Positions 38,498 through 47,037 of a DNA stretch of 64,000 nt are shown here, in pieces. The number at the start of each line of letters is the position of its first letter. Within the stretch, counting starts at the first letter, position 1. Made by a program: the position numbers and the translations under genes. The notes beneath the pieces were generated by a model. The model ran no database searches, was not told where the DNA came from, and saw nothing but the letters and a program-made list of their open reading frames with translations. The DNA is from Dehalococcoidia bacterium (GTDB taxonomy: Bacteria; Chloroflexota; Dehalococcoidia; Plut-88900), in assembly GCA_965197645.1 (NCBI GenBank), contig OZ240219.1:2144001-2208000 (forward strand). Direction: 5' to 3'.

Positions 38498-38791
38498 CTA
38501 TAACCACCATCTGGAATAGATGTCTCCCCAGGAGCCGTGAGCGTTGAGACCGATGTAGATAAGGAAGGACGCGATACCGGCGAGGGCTGCCAGCGCCACC
38601 ATATAGAACAGCGGCCGTGCCTTGTTGAAATCTTCCGGAATGTGGCCCGAGGCCACCAGGGAGGGAATCAGGGCGTGGGCTATCAACATGTTCAGGGCGA
38701 AGAGGATGGCTAAGCCGGGTACGAACAGCAATCCGAAAAGGAAGTCCCCAATGTCCGACCAGTTTCCTCTGGTAATGAAATCAGGGTCCAC
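38498..38791 (-). CDS. Small two-TM hypothetical protein leading the ACIII operon
   Basis: 97 aa, two hydrophobic helices, RBS AGAGG before the GTG start. Confidence 0.65.
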   Translation of the reverse strand: MDPDFITRGNWSDIGDFLFGLLFVPGLAILFALNMLIAHALIPSLVASGHIPEDFNKARPLFYMVALAALAGIASFLIYIGLNAHGSWGDIYSRWWL

Positions 38792-38822
38792 TATTTGCCT
38801 CTTTTTGTAGCTGGCGCCAAGA

Positions 38823-38840
38823 TTGTGAAGAGATTATCAT
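38823..38840. promoter_or_regulatory. Rex-like operator candidate upstream of the ACIII operon
   Basis: Minus strand ATGATAA-TCTC-TTCACAA; 11/14 match with one perfect half-site. Confidence 0.45.
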
Positions 38841-39022
38841 ATGAAAAATGCCATTGCAAGGGTTTTTAGAGCCAAGTCCACTCACTAATTTAAATCCCCA
38901 TGGCATGACCCGGCGAGTAGGGCAGGGGAGAGGGTGAGCGACTTGCAATCTAACTACCCCGGAGATAGTATGAGCGCCGAACTCGGCTGTATACAGGTAG
39001 ACCCGGGAGATTTGAGCAGACC

Positions 39023-39247
39023 ATGAGCGATGACTGGAACAGACGCAGCTTCCTGAAAAAACTGGGATTCGGGCTGGGGGGACTGCTGGCCTTCGGCGGC
39101 CTGGCCGGATGGCTTCAATCCGGGTCCAAGAGCGGCCCTTCATTCCTGTTCAGACGCAAGTCCGCAACGACGGGGCCCCTTAGCGAGGACTCCATATTCT
39201 ACCCTCGAGACCCTGAAATCCGAGCCAAAATGAAGGATTCGGTCTAG
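39023..39247 (+). CDS. Small twin-arginine signal protein (74 aa)
   Basis: NRRSFLK plus hydrophobic stretch; RBS-like GGGAG upstream. Confidence 0.65.
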   Translation: MSDDWNRRSFLKKLGFGLGGLLAFGGLAGWLQSGSKSGPSFLFRRKSATTGPLSEDSIFYPRDPEIRAKMKDSV

Positions 39248-39285
39248 AGCTTCCGGACTGAGCTCTGTCCCGATCCAGACAAAGA

Positions 39286-39318
39286 CAAAGAGCCCGATGG
39301 CGGTTCGGGCTCTTTGTA
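39286..39318. terminator. Bidirectional intrinsic terminator-like hairpin
   Basis: ACAAAGAGCCCGA...TCGGGCTCTTTGT between convergent genes. Confidence 0.7.
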
Positions 39319-39373
39319 GAGAGGGGAAGAGGAGGGGAGAGAGAGGGGATTGGGATGTTATGAAGGGTGGTTG

Positions 39374-40123
39374 TCAGTGGGCAGGCTGCTTTTTCACTTG
39401 GGGCAACCTGAAGCTGAGTTGACGGCCTGAGGACTTCCTCGAGGTCAGACTCTCAACTATATCGTTACGAATCTCCCGGTACAGTCGCGGCGCTCGGCGC
39501 TTAAACTCCTCTATACGCTCCCTCAAGATGAGGGAGGCCTGCCGTGCGGCTCGGACCTTGAGCTGGTTCCTGACCCAGATGGTCTTCGTATCCGGGCCCA
39601 TACCCATTCGAGCCAGCAACCCGCCCAGACCCGTCTTCGGCCATTCCTGCCTGAAGATGTATCCATAGGCCTTCGCTTCCCGCTGGCCTATGCTGCTGAC
39701 CAGCGTCCACGGGTTGCTGGAGTGTTTCTCTACGAACTTACCGATTACCTCCTGCACCTGGGCGTGGGCATTGGAAACACACTCGAAGAGATCCACCGCC
39801 AGTCCGGCCCCGAGCACCTGAGGCACTTTCTTGGTTATCCATATGCCTCCGTTGTCCAGGTCCTGCCGGGTAGGGGCAGCGGGATTCATCTCGATGTATC
39901 CTCGGCTCTGCAGTTCAACCAGGCTGGCGAGAAGAATCGTAACGGTCCGGCTTTCCTCGCTCGACGGGGAGTCGTTTCCGATGATGTACAGTAGGAGGGC
40001 CGGATGTTCGTACGCCAAGCGGCGCAACGCGCCCTTGTTGAACGTGGCATTAGATGGATTGTGGTTCCGCACCTGCAACTGATCTTGCTCCTTGTTCCTT
40101 TTGGTTGCCGTAGCTACCTTCAT
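39374..40123 (-). CDS. Hypothetical basic protein downstream of the ftsZ paralog (weak GPP34/DUF2207-like helix LASLVELQSRGYIE)
   Basis: ORF with RBS GGGAGGAG before the ATG at 40123. Confidence 0.6.
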   Translation of the reverse strand: MKVATATKRNKEQDQLQVRNHNPSNATFNKGALRRLAYEHPALLLYIIGNDSPSSEESRTVTILLASLVELQSRGYIEMNPAAPTRQDLDNGGIWITKKVPQVLGAGLAVDLFECVSNAHAQVQEVIGKFVEKHSSNPWTLVSSIGQREAKAYGYIFRQEWPKTGLGGLLARMGMGPDTKTIWVRNQLKVRAARQASLILRERIEEFKRRAPRLYREIRNDIVESLTSRKSSGRQLSFRLPQVKKQPAH

Positions 40124-40420
40124 GACTTGCTCCTCCCAAAGTCTCCGTCCGAATTTCCCGGCGTGGGCCCCTGGATTGCCACCTCCTATAGGCCCGCTCC
40201 CGATGTAGGTCCTCAAGTGCTTATCGGGTAACACCGGTGTTTCACCCGGATCTGTGCATCTGGTTCTTGTCCCTCAACCAGGGGCCTGTTGGCCCTGGAA
40301 CAGGCCCTTCGGCCCCTGGTCTATCAACCACCTCCTGGTGAATTTCCTCGATCTTTCTATCGGCTGATGAATTTGGCTGGGCTTGTCGAGAGCCCCGTGA
40401 CTAGCCTGTACGTTGCTCGT

Positions 40421-41533
40421 CTACAGGTCAAAAGCATCGGGATCGAAGCTCTGTTGTTTCCTGGACAGGGCTGAAGGGGCCCTCACCCTGAACTGGACAC
40501 CGGGCATGAACTGGGACATCTTGCCCTTGATGTTGCTGAGAACGCCATCGTTTTGAAGGCCCGTAGCGATCATCGTAAGCTTCACCATGTCGCCCAGCTC
40601 GTTGTCGATCGACATTCCGAAGAATATCGTGGCGTCCTTTCGAACGGTTTTATTTATCAGGTCACCTGCTGCGTTGACGCCACCCAGGGTTAGGTCTTCT
40701 CCTCCTTTTACCGAAAACAGGACTCCTCGGGCACCCTTGATCGACAAGTTGAGTAGGGGGTTGGTTATCGCCTGGCGGGCAGCCTCGAGAGCTCCCATGT
40801 TGCCCCGGCCTACGCCCATGGCCATCAGTGCTCCGCCCGGGTAGGCCATAATCGTCTTGACGTCTGCGAAATCTACGTTGATCTCGCCGGGGACGTTAAC
40901 CAGCTCGGAGACGCTCATGATCCCCTGGGTTACCACTTCGTCTGCGGTGCGGAACGCCTCGGACATGCCGGCTTCGTGGTCCACAAAGTGGAGGAGCCGG
41001 TCATTGTGTATCACTATCAGATTGTCTACGTGGTTTCGGAAGCGGGCCACGCCGGCTATGGCCTGGCTCAGCCGCCGATCGCCTTCAAAGCTGAAAGGCG
41101 TAGTAACGACACCCACCACCAAGGCTCCCATGCTCCTGGTTATCTCGGCTACTGCGGGAGCGGCGCCGGTCCCGGTGCCGCCGCCCATGCCGGCGGTAAT
41201 GAACACCAGCTCGGCGTCCTTCAGAGCCTTTCTCAACAAGGTCGAGGACTCCTCTGCAGCCCTGGCGCCGACTCGGGAATCCCCGCCGGCGCCCCATCCA
41301 TGGGTCAGGTTCTCACCTATCTGCAGTACGGTGGCGCCGTGGCTCACCGACTCCAACGACTTGATGTCGGTGTTCACAACGACGAACTCGACGCCCGGTA
41401 CATCGTGGGAGAGCATTCGGCGGACACAGTTGCACCCGCCACCGCCAACCCCTATTACCTTAATCCTCGCGGGCGCTCGCTCTACGGCGAGCTTGGAAAT
41501 CGCTTTGCTTTGTAACAACTGCTCTACTACCAA
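40421..41533 (-). CDS. ftsZ: FtsZ paralog outside a dcw cluster
   Basis: IKVIGVGGGG.N, NTD, AGMGGGTGTGAAP, PFSFEG, INVDFADV; no DIPxFL tail. Confidence 0.9.
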   Translation of the reverse strand: MVVEQLLQSKAISKLAVERAPARIKVIGVGGGGCNCVRRMLSHDVPGVEFVVVNTDIKSLESVSHGATVLQIGENLTHGWGAGGDSRVGARAAEESSTLLRKALKDAELVFITAGMGGGTGTGAAPAVAEITRSMGALVVGVVTTPFSFEGDRRLSQAIAGVARFRNHVDNLIVIHNDRLLHFVDHEAGMSEAFRTADEVVTQGIMSVSELVNVPGEINVDFADVKTIMAYPGGALMAMGVGRGNMGALEAARQAITNPLLNLSIKGARGVLFSVKGGEDLTLGGVNAAGDLINKTVRKDATIFFGMSIDNELGDMVKLTMIATGLQNDGVLSNIKGKMSQFMPGVQFRVRAPSALSRKQQSFDPDAFDL

Positions 41534-41583
41534 TTTCCACTCCTTCCTTCTGTGATGTTTTCCCTAGTGCCCACTAACCTAAC

Positions 41584-41740
41584 GGACAATCGCAGATGGG
41601 TCGTGGACAATGGGCCTCCACTGAAAACTGGGACATTGAGCCGTAATTCAGCCAATACCACAAATCCTTTGCCGTAAGAAATACGGATATGTCCATAAAC
41701 ATCCTTAACAATAGGCTACAAGCGTGATATAATGGACATG
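41584..41740. promoter_or_regulatory. Divergent control region with GGACAW repeats, a CCGTA-N5-TACGG palindrome and an extended -10
   Basis: GGACAAT at 41584 and 41605, GGACATT at 41631, ATGTCC at 41689, GGACATG at 41734; CCGTAAGAAATACGG 41672-41686; TGATATAAT 41725-41733. Confidence 0.55.
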
Positions 41741-41751
41741 GACTCACCGTT

Positions 41752-42483
41752 ATGATGAGTGGTGAAGCTACAAGGGACTTACTACCCCCCTACCCTCCCT
41801 ACTCCGCGTGGCGCCAGCTGCTGCAGGAGCTGCGGTCGGATGTCCCGGCCCGGATAGACCAGAGCTATCTCAGGCTGCACAAATACAACCAGTCCACCGT
41901 GTCCATGTTGCAGAACGCCCTCCGATTTTTGCAGTTGATCGATCAACAGGACGCGCCGACTCCGGAGCTACGATCATTGGTCAAGTCCGAGGGTGAGGAG
42001 TACCAGACCCAATTGCGCCAACTGCTCGGGCAGAGCTACGGGCCGCTGATCTCCGGAATCGATCTCTCTAACATCACCCCGGACCTGCTGCGGGAGCAGT
42101 TCCAGGCGCTGGGGGCCAGGGGCGATGTTGCGCGTAAGTGCGGCTCCTTCTTCGTAGCCCTGGCCAAAGACGCCGGGCTGCGTATCTCGCCTCACCTCCG
42201 ACTCCGCCAGCGCCAGCCCGGCGGACAGACAACTTCTCAACGTCCATCCAAGCCCAAGCGCTCCGCCCCAAATCAGCCCCAGCGCCAGGCCCCGAAGCCG
42301 GTTGCGGAACCTGTAGCGTCCAACAAGGCGCCGGACAACTCCGCCATCAGCCTTATCCTGGACAAGTTTCCTGCCTTTGACCCCAACTGGGACCAGGAGA
42401 CGGTAGAAAGGTGGCGGGACAGCATGGAAGCGCTTCTCAAGACCGCCCTGGGCAAAGGGAACGCTCCGCAGCCGAGCAGCTAG
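41752..42483 (+). CDS. DUF5343-like protein, putative DNA-binding
   Basis: PPY...W..LL..L...PARIDQSY, LRFLQLID, KC.SFF.ALAKDAG, K/R/P-rich linker, LDKFPAFDPNW C-terminal domain. Confidence 0.65.
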   Translation: MMSGEATRDLLPPYPPYSAWRQLLQELRSDVPARIDQSYLRLHKYNQSTVSMLQNALRFLQLIDQQDAPTPELRSLVKSEGEEYQTQLRQLLGQSYGPLISGIDLSNITPDLLREQFQALGARGDVARKCGSFFVALAKDAGLRISPHLRLRQRQPGGQTTSQRPSKPKRSAPNQPQRQAPKPVAEPVASNKAPDNSAISLILDKFPAFDPNWDQETVERWRDSMEALLKTALGKGNAPQPSS

Positions 42484-42539
42484 CGTTCGCCGGCCGGTTG
42501 CAGGGATATGCTAGTATCCCAGCGTAGGATCGCAGCGTT

Positions 42540-43130
42540 ATGGTCAAACCTCCGATAGGGATAGACCTGGATGGGGTAATATGCCGCCCTCCGTTGGGTC
42601 TTAACCTAAGCATATACAGGGGACCCTATGTCGGCCGCAAGAAACGAAGTCTCTATCCTAAGTTCGGCGAGAATCCCCTCGTCTCCTTGGTCTTGACATT
42701 GAAATACATGGGCCGCCGGCCGATGTATGATGCCCGCTCCGGCCTGCAGGCCATTCGGGAGCACAGAGACCTGTTCCTCGTCACCAGCCGAAACAGCCTG
42801 GTCCATGATCAGGTGGTGGCATGGCTCTCCCACAACGATCTTCTCCCGCTCTTTTCCGCCATCCACACCAACGACTCCGGGCTCCCTTCGCCCGAGTTTA
42901 AAGAGCGGAAGGTGCGTGAGCTGGGCATATCGGAGTTCGTCGACGACGATGGTCGTGTCGCCGACTATCTCGCCCGGCGAGGCCTTGCTCGAATCTACCT
43001 GAGAGACTGGCCCCGGAACCACGGCTACCGGTACGCGGACAATGTGACGCGAGTCCCTTCCCTACTCCGGGTGGCAACCCTCCTGGCCGAGCGGGATGGC
43101 GAAATGCCGCCGGGTGCACCGGCGGCATGA
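42540..43130 (+). CDS. HAD-superfamily phosphatase, 5'(3')-nucleotidase-like
   Basis: IDLDGVI, VTSR, K, FVDD motifs. Confidence 0.75.
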   Translation: MVKPPIGIDLDGVICRPPLGLNLSIYRGPYVGRKKRSLYPKFGENPLVSLVLTLKYMGRRPMYDARSGLQAIREHRDLFLVTSRNSLVHDQVVAWLSHNDLLPLFSAIHTNDSGLPSPEFKERKVRELGISEFVDDDGRVADYLARRGLARIYLRDWPRNHGYRYADNVTRVPSLLRVATLLAERDGEMPPGAPAA

Positions 43131-43146
43131 AAGATGCCCCTGATAT

Positions 43147-43175
43147 TTGACGGGCATATTTTGTTACCTTACACT
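43147..43175 (+). promoter_or_regulatory. sigma70-type promoter of the lipid operon
   Basis: TTGACG-N17-TACACT. Confidence 0.55.
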
Positions 43176-43222
43176 CAGTGCAGGATTCCTCATCTCACTG
43201 AATACCGATATCGAGTCGCCGA

Positions 43223-43966
43223 ATGAAGGCAGTTCTACTGGCAGGGGGGCGGGGAACACGGTTGCGCCCCCTCACCGATGACATCCCGAAGTCGATGGTG
43301 CCCGTGTGCAATAAGCCGATCCTGCAATGGCAGCTGGAGTGGTTGAAGGCACAGGGTGTCAGCGAGTTCGTCCTATCTCTGGGCCACCTGCCCGATAGGG
43401 TCCGCGATCACTTTGGCGATGGCGGAGACTTCGGCGTGTCGATCCAGTATGCTGTGGAAGACGAGCCGTTAGGCACCGCCGGCGGGCTGCGAAGGGCACT
43501 GGAAGTAGCCCGGATCGATGGCCCCTTCTTCGCAACCAACGGAGATGTGCTCACCAATCTGAACCCCGGCCGATTGGAGGCCCAGCGTCGGGCCTTGAAG
43601 GCGGTGGGCGGGATCAGCCTCGTGGCCCTGACCTCGCCCTATGGGATCGTCGAGATGGGTGGAAACGGTCTGGTCCGGTCCTTCCGTGAGAAACCCACCC
43701 TGCCCGACTACTGGCTCAGCGCGGGGGTCTACAGCTTCGGCCCCGAGATACTATCCTACCTCCCTGTTAGGGGAAGCCTGGAGCACGAGGTGTTCCCTCT
43801 GCTGTCCAGGCGTAATCTTCTGGCGGCATACAAGTTCGATAGCTGCCTGTGGCGCTCCATCGATGGACACAAGGACCTGGAGGAAGCGTCAGAGCATATG
43901 GCGAGCATGGCCGATCCGACATTGAGCGCTACGCCCCAATCCCTCAGTCCTCAGCCCACTCCGTGA
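43223..43966 (+). CDS. Sugar-phosphate nucleotidyltransferase family protein
   Basis: LAGGRGTRLRPLT..PKSM, EPLGTAG, NGD, FREKP. Confidence 0.88.
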   Translation: MKAVLLAGGRGTRLRPLTDDIPKSMVPVCNKPILQWQLEWLKAQGVSEFVLSLGHLPDRVRDHFGDGGDFGVSIQYAVEDEPLGTAGGLRRALEVARIDGPFFATNGDVLTNLNPGRLEAQRRALKAVGGISLVALTSPYGIVEMGGNGLVRSFREKPTLPDYWLSAGVYSFGPEILSYLPVRGSLEHEVFPLLSRRNLLAAYKFDSCLWRSIDGHKDLEEASEHMASMADPTLSATPQSLSPQPTP

Positions 43967-43987
43967 GTACACCTATCTACGCAGCCC

Positions 43988-46291
43988 ATGGGAAAGCTTA
44001 GCGAATTCTACTCGGGCAAGACGCTATTCCTCACGGGAGGAACGGGCCTGGTCGGCAAGGTACTGGTGGAGGCGATGCTCCGCCAGCTCTCCGATATCGA
44101 GAAGATATACGTTCTAATACGCCCCAAGCCCCGCCCGGGCGGCGTCACCGTCACTAGCGAAGACCGGCTTCGGCAGGAGGTCCAGGGCTCAGCCGCCTTC
44201 GACCTGCCGCGATCAGAACAGAGAGAGACTCTCTCCGATCTCTTCCAAGCCAAGGTCAAGGCGGTGGAGGGCGACCTCGCGTTGGAGAAGATGGGCCTCG
44301 ATGACGATACCTACCGGACGCTGCAGCGAGAGGTCAATATCCTGATCAACTGCGCTGCTATCGTCTCCTTCGATGCCGCCATAGATAACGCCCTGGCCCT
44401 GAATGCCCTGGGCCCCAGACGGCTCCTGGAGTTCGCCAGAGGGTGTGAGGACGTCGGCGTGGTCCAGGTCTCCACCTGTTATGTGAATGCGGCCCGCACC
44501 GGGTCCATCTATGAAGAGCCCTTAGACCCTCGATGGACCGTCGGCCAGGCTGGCGGCGTCGATAAGAGACCTTACGAGGTCGACGAGGAGATTGCCGCCA
44601 TTGCCAAACGCGCCCGGGAGATTAGAGAGGCCTCGGGAGAACCCAAAACAAAAGCCGATACCGAACTGATTGACGGCAAGGTCTCCGAGTTCGGCATGAA
44701 GTGGGCCCAGGCCCGCGGCTGGCACGATGTATACACCTTCACCAAGGCCATGGGCGAGCAGATATTCGGCAAGGATTTGGGCACGACCCGGGGTGCGATC
44801 ATCCGACCCGCCATCATCGAAAGCGTGTGGCGTTCCCCCCTACCCGGCTGGCTGAACGGGTATCGAATGCTGGACCCTCTCATCGTAGCCTACGGCCGCG
44901 GCCGTTTGATCGATTTCCCCGGCAACGGATCGAGCATACTCGACATAATACCTGTTGATTTAGTCGTAAACTCCATTCTGGCCATAGCTCGCGAGGTATA
45001 TCAGGGCCGGTCCAAACCGGTCTATCAGATAGCGTCCGGAATGGAGAATCCGTTGACCCTCCAGGGGTTTGCCGACCTGGTGGACGAGTACTTCCAGGAG
45101 AACCCCTTCGAGAGCCAGACGAACGGTCAGGGACGCGGCAGGGAGCTTAAGAAGCCCACCTTTCCCAATACTCAGACCTTCCTTCGCAGGTTGAAGCGCC
45201 GGTACTACCTTCCTGCTAAGGTGGCCAAAGCCCTGGTGACACCCCTATCCTTTACACACTGGGGCCGGGCCAAGAAGGTGGATCTCCGTACCAAGCTCTC
45301 CGCTCTGGAGCGTCTTCATCAATACGGGCGGCTCTACGGTCCCTACGCCGAGAGCAACTGCGAGTTTCAGACCGTTAACACCAGGGAGGCCTGGCGAGCC
45401 CTCGATGCCGAGGACCGGGAGAGCTTCAACTTCGACATCTCCCAGCTTGACTGGCCCACCTACATCAAACGGGTACACGTGCCCGGGGTGAAGAAATATC
45501 TACTGGGCATGACTGATGAGCCACCGAACGAAGCGGAATTGGAAGCGGCCCTGGAGGCGCACGGCCCAGCTTCGCCACTGCCCCAATCGTTGATGGGCAA
45601 CCTGCCCACCTTCGAGGAGCTGGAGCCGTGGCTGAGGCCAAATATAGTCAGGAGCACCATCAGGAAGATGGGTTCGGCCGTGGTGTTTATCGGGTTCAAT
45701 CTCTGGGTTCGCCACCATTCCAAAGGGTTGGAGAACGTGCCGGACAAGGGGCCCTTCATAGTCGCTTCCAACCACTCCAGCCATCTGGACGCTCCGGCCA
45801 TTCTCTTCGCCCTATCAAAGCGCCCCTTTGAGATCCATCCGACGGCGGCCAAGGACTACTTCTTTGGGGACAAGCTCAAAGCGATTCTGGTCCGCAGCGT
45901 GTTCCGAGCAATCCCCTTCGAAAGGCGCGGCCCGGCAACCGATGGTCTTCACCTACCCCTTGGCATACTGAAAATGGGACGCCCCATGGTCTTCTTCCCC
46001 GAAGGCGGCAGAAGTAAGTCCGGCAAGATCCTGACCTTCAAGAACGGGATAGGTATGCTTGGCCTTATGTCAGGCGCTCCCGTGGTACCCGCTCGAATCT
46101 CTGGATCGTACCAGTCCATGCCTAAAGGCAGCCGTTTCCCCAAACGAGGCCGGGTGACGGTCCGGTTCGGGCCCCCGATTCTCACCGAGCCCTACAGGGC
46201 GCGTATCGATGCCACCAGCATCGCCGAGGTCTGCCGAGAGCTTTCCAGCGACGTGCAGAAGGCCGTCGAGGCGCTGAATGGCAAACGATAG
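43988..46291 (+). CDS. Fatty acyl-CoA reductase (male-sterility type) fused to a PlsC-type acyltransferase
   Basis: TGGTGLVGKV, VSTCYV, YTFTKAMGE, IIRPAII, DIIPVDLV, FNFD...DW..Y; then NHSSHLD, FPEGGRS, FKNG. Confidence 0.9.
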   Translation: MGKLSEFYSGKTLFLTGGTGLVGKVLVEAMLRQLSDIEKIYVLIRPKPRPGGVTVTSEDRLRQEVQGSAAFDLPRSEQRETLSDLFQAKVKAVEGDLALEKMGLDDDTYRTLQREVNILINCAAIVSFDAAIDNALALNALGPRRLLEFARGCEDVGVVQVSTCYVNAARTGSIYEEPLDPRWTVGQAGGVDKRPYEVDEEIAAIAKRAREIREASGEPKTKADTELIDGKVSEFGMKWAQARGWHDVYTFTKAMGEQIFGKDLGTTRGAIIRPAIIESVWRSPLPGWLNGYRMLDPLIVAYGRGRLIDFPGNGSSILDIIPVDLVVNSILAIAREVYQGRSKPVYQIASGMENPLTLQGFADLVDEYFQENPFESQTNGQGRGRELKKPTFPNTQTFLRRLKRRYYLPAKVAKALVTPLSFTHWGRAKKVDLRTKLSALERLHQYGRLYGPYAESNCEFQTVNTREAWRALDAEDRESFNFDISQLDWPTYIKRVHVPGVKKYLLGMTDEPPNEAELEAALEAHGPASPLPQSLMGNLPTFEELEPWLRPNIVRSTIRKMGSAVVFIGFNLWVRHHSKGLENVPDKGPFIVASNHSSHLDAPAILFALSKRPFEIHPTAAKDYFFGDKLKAILVRSVFRAIPFERRGPATDGLHLPLGILKMGRPMVFFPEGGRSKSGKILTFKNGIGMLGLMSGAPVVPARISGSYQSMPKGSRFPKRGRVTVRFGPPILTEPYRARIDATSIAEVCRELSSDVQKAVEALNGKR

Positions 46292-47012
46292 CGCCGGAGC
46301 AAACGTAGGCGCCTTCTTCGACGTCGATGGGACTATCGCCAACTCCAACCTCATCCACCCCTACGCTGACTTCCGTCTGAGCAACGCCGGCCCCATCGGT
46401 AAGATGGCATGGCTCGCCCGAATCGCCTCCAGTCTGCCCTACTACGCTGTCCTGGATACCCTCAACAGGGCCTGGTTCAACCGGGCGTTCATTCGCAGCT
46501 ACAAGGGAGTGCACGTGGAACGGCTCTACTCATGGGCCCGGTCTCGAGGCCGGGAGTTCTGGTCGAGCCGCCTGTATCCCGCTGCCGTGACCCGGATTCA
46601 GTTTCACCAGGAGCAGGGCCACAAGATCGTGCTGGTGACCGGAGGGTTGAAGCCTGTCGTCGAGCCGCTGGCCCAAATGCTGAATGCCGATGGTCTTGGC
46701 GCCGTGGTGCCGGAGACTGTGGGCTCCCGTTTGACGGGCGAGACCGTCGGAGGCGTACTCTCCGGAGCAGCCAAGGCGAAGACCGCCGTCCGGATGGCTG
46801 ACGAGCTCGGCATAGACCTGAACAGCAGCTATGCCTACGCCGACAGCTACGCCGACGTTGAGTTCCTCCAGTGCGCCGCTCATCCGATAGCGGTCAATCC
46901 GGACCGCCGGTTACGCAGAGTCGTCCGAGCCAGGGGGTGGGAATCTCACCGGTGGGCCAAGGCCAGGGCCTCCGAACTATCGCTCTCCACCACCTCGATG
47001 AAAAGGCGGTAG
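46278..47012 (+). CDS. HAD-IB family phosphatase
   Basis: AFFDVDGT, LVTG, K, YAYADSYAD, AVNPD. Confidence 0.88.
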   Translation: MANDSAGANVGAFFDVDGTIANSNLIHPYADFRLSNAGPIGKMAWLARIASSLPYYAVLDTLNRAWFNRAFIRSYKGVHVERLYSWARSRGREFWSSRLYPAAVTRIQFHQEQGHKIVLVTGGLKPVVEPLAQMLNADGLGAVVPETVGSRLTGETVGGVLSGAAKAKTAVRMADELGIDLNSSYAYADSYADVEFLQCAAHPIAVNPDRRLRRVVRARGWESHRWAKARASELSLSTTSMKRR

Positions 47013-47037
47013 ACTTTCAGCAATCCGGTGATCGACG

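Noticed and set aside
39318-39352. Polypurine tract
   Set aside because: Low-complexity sequence beside a terminator; no support for a function
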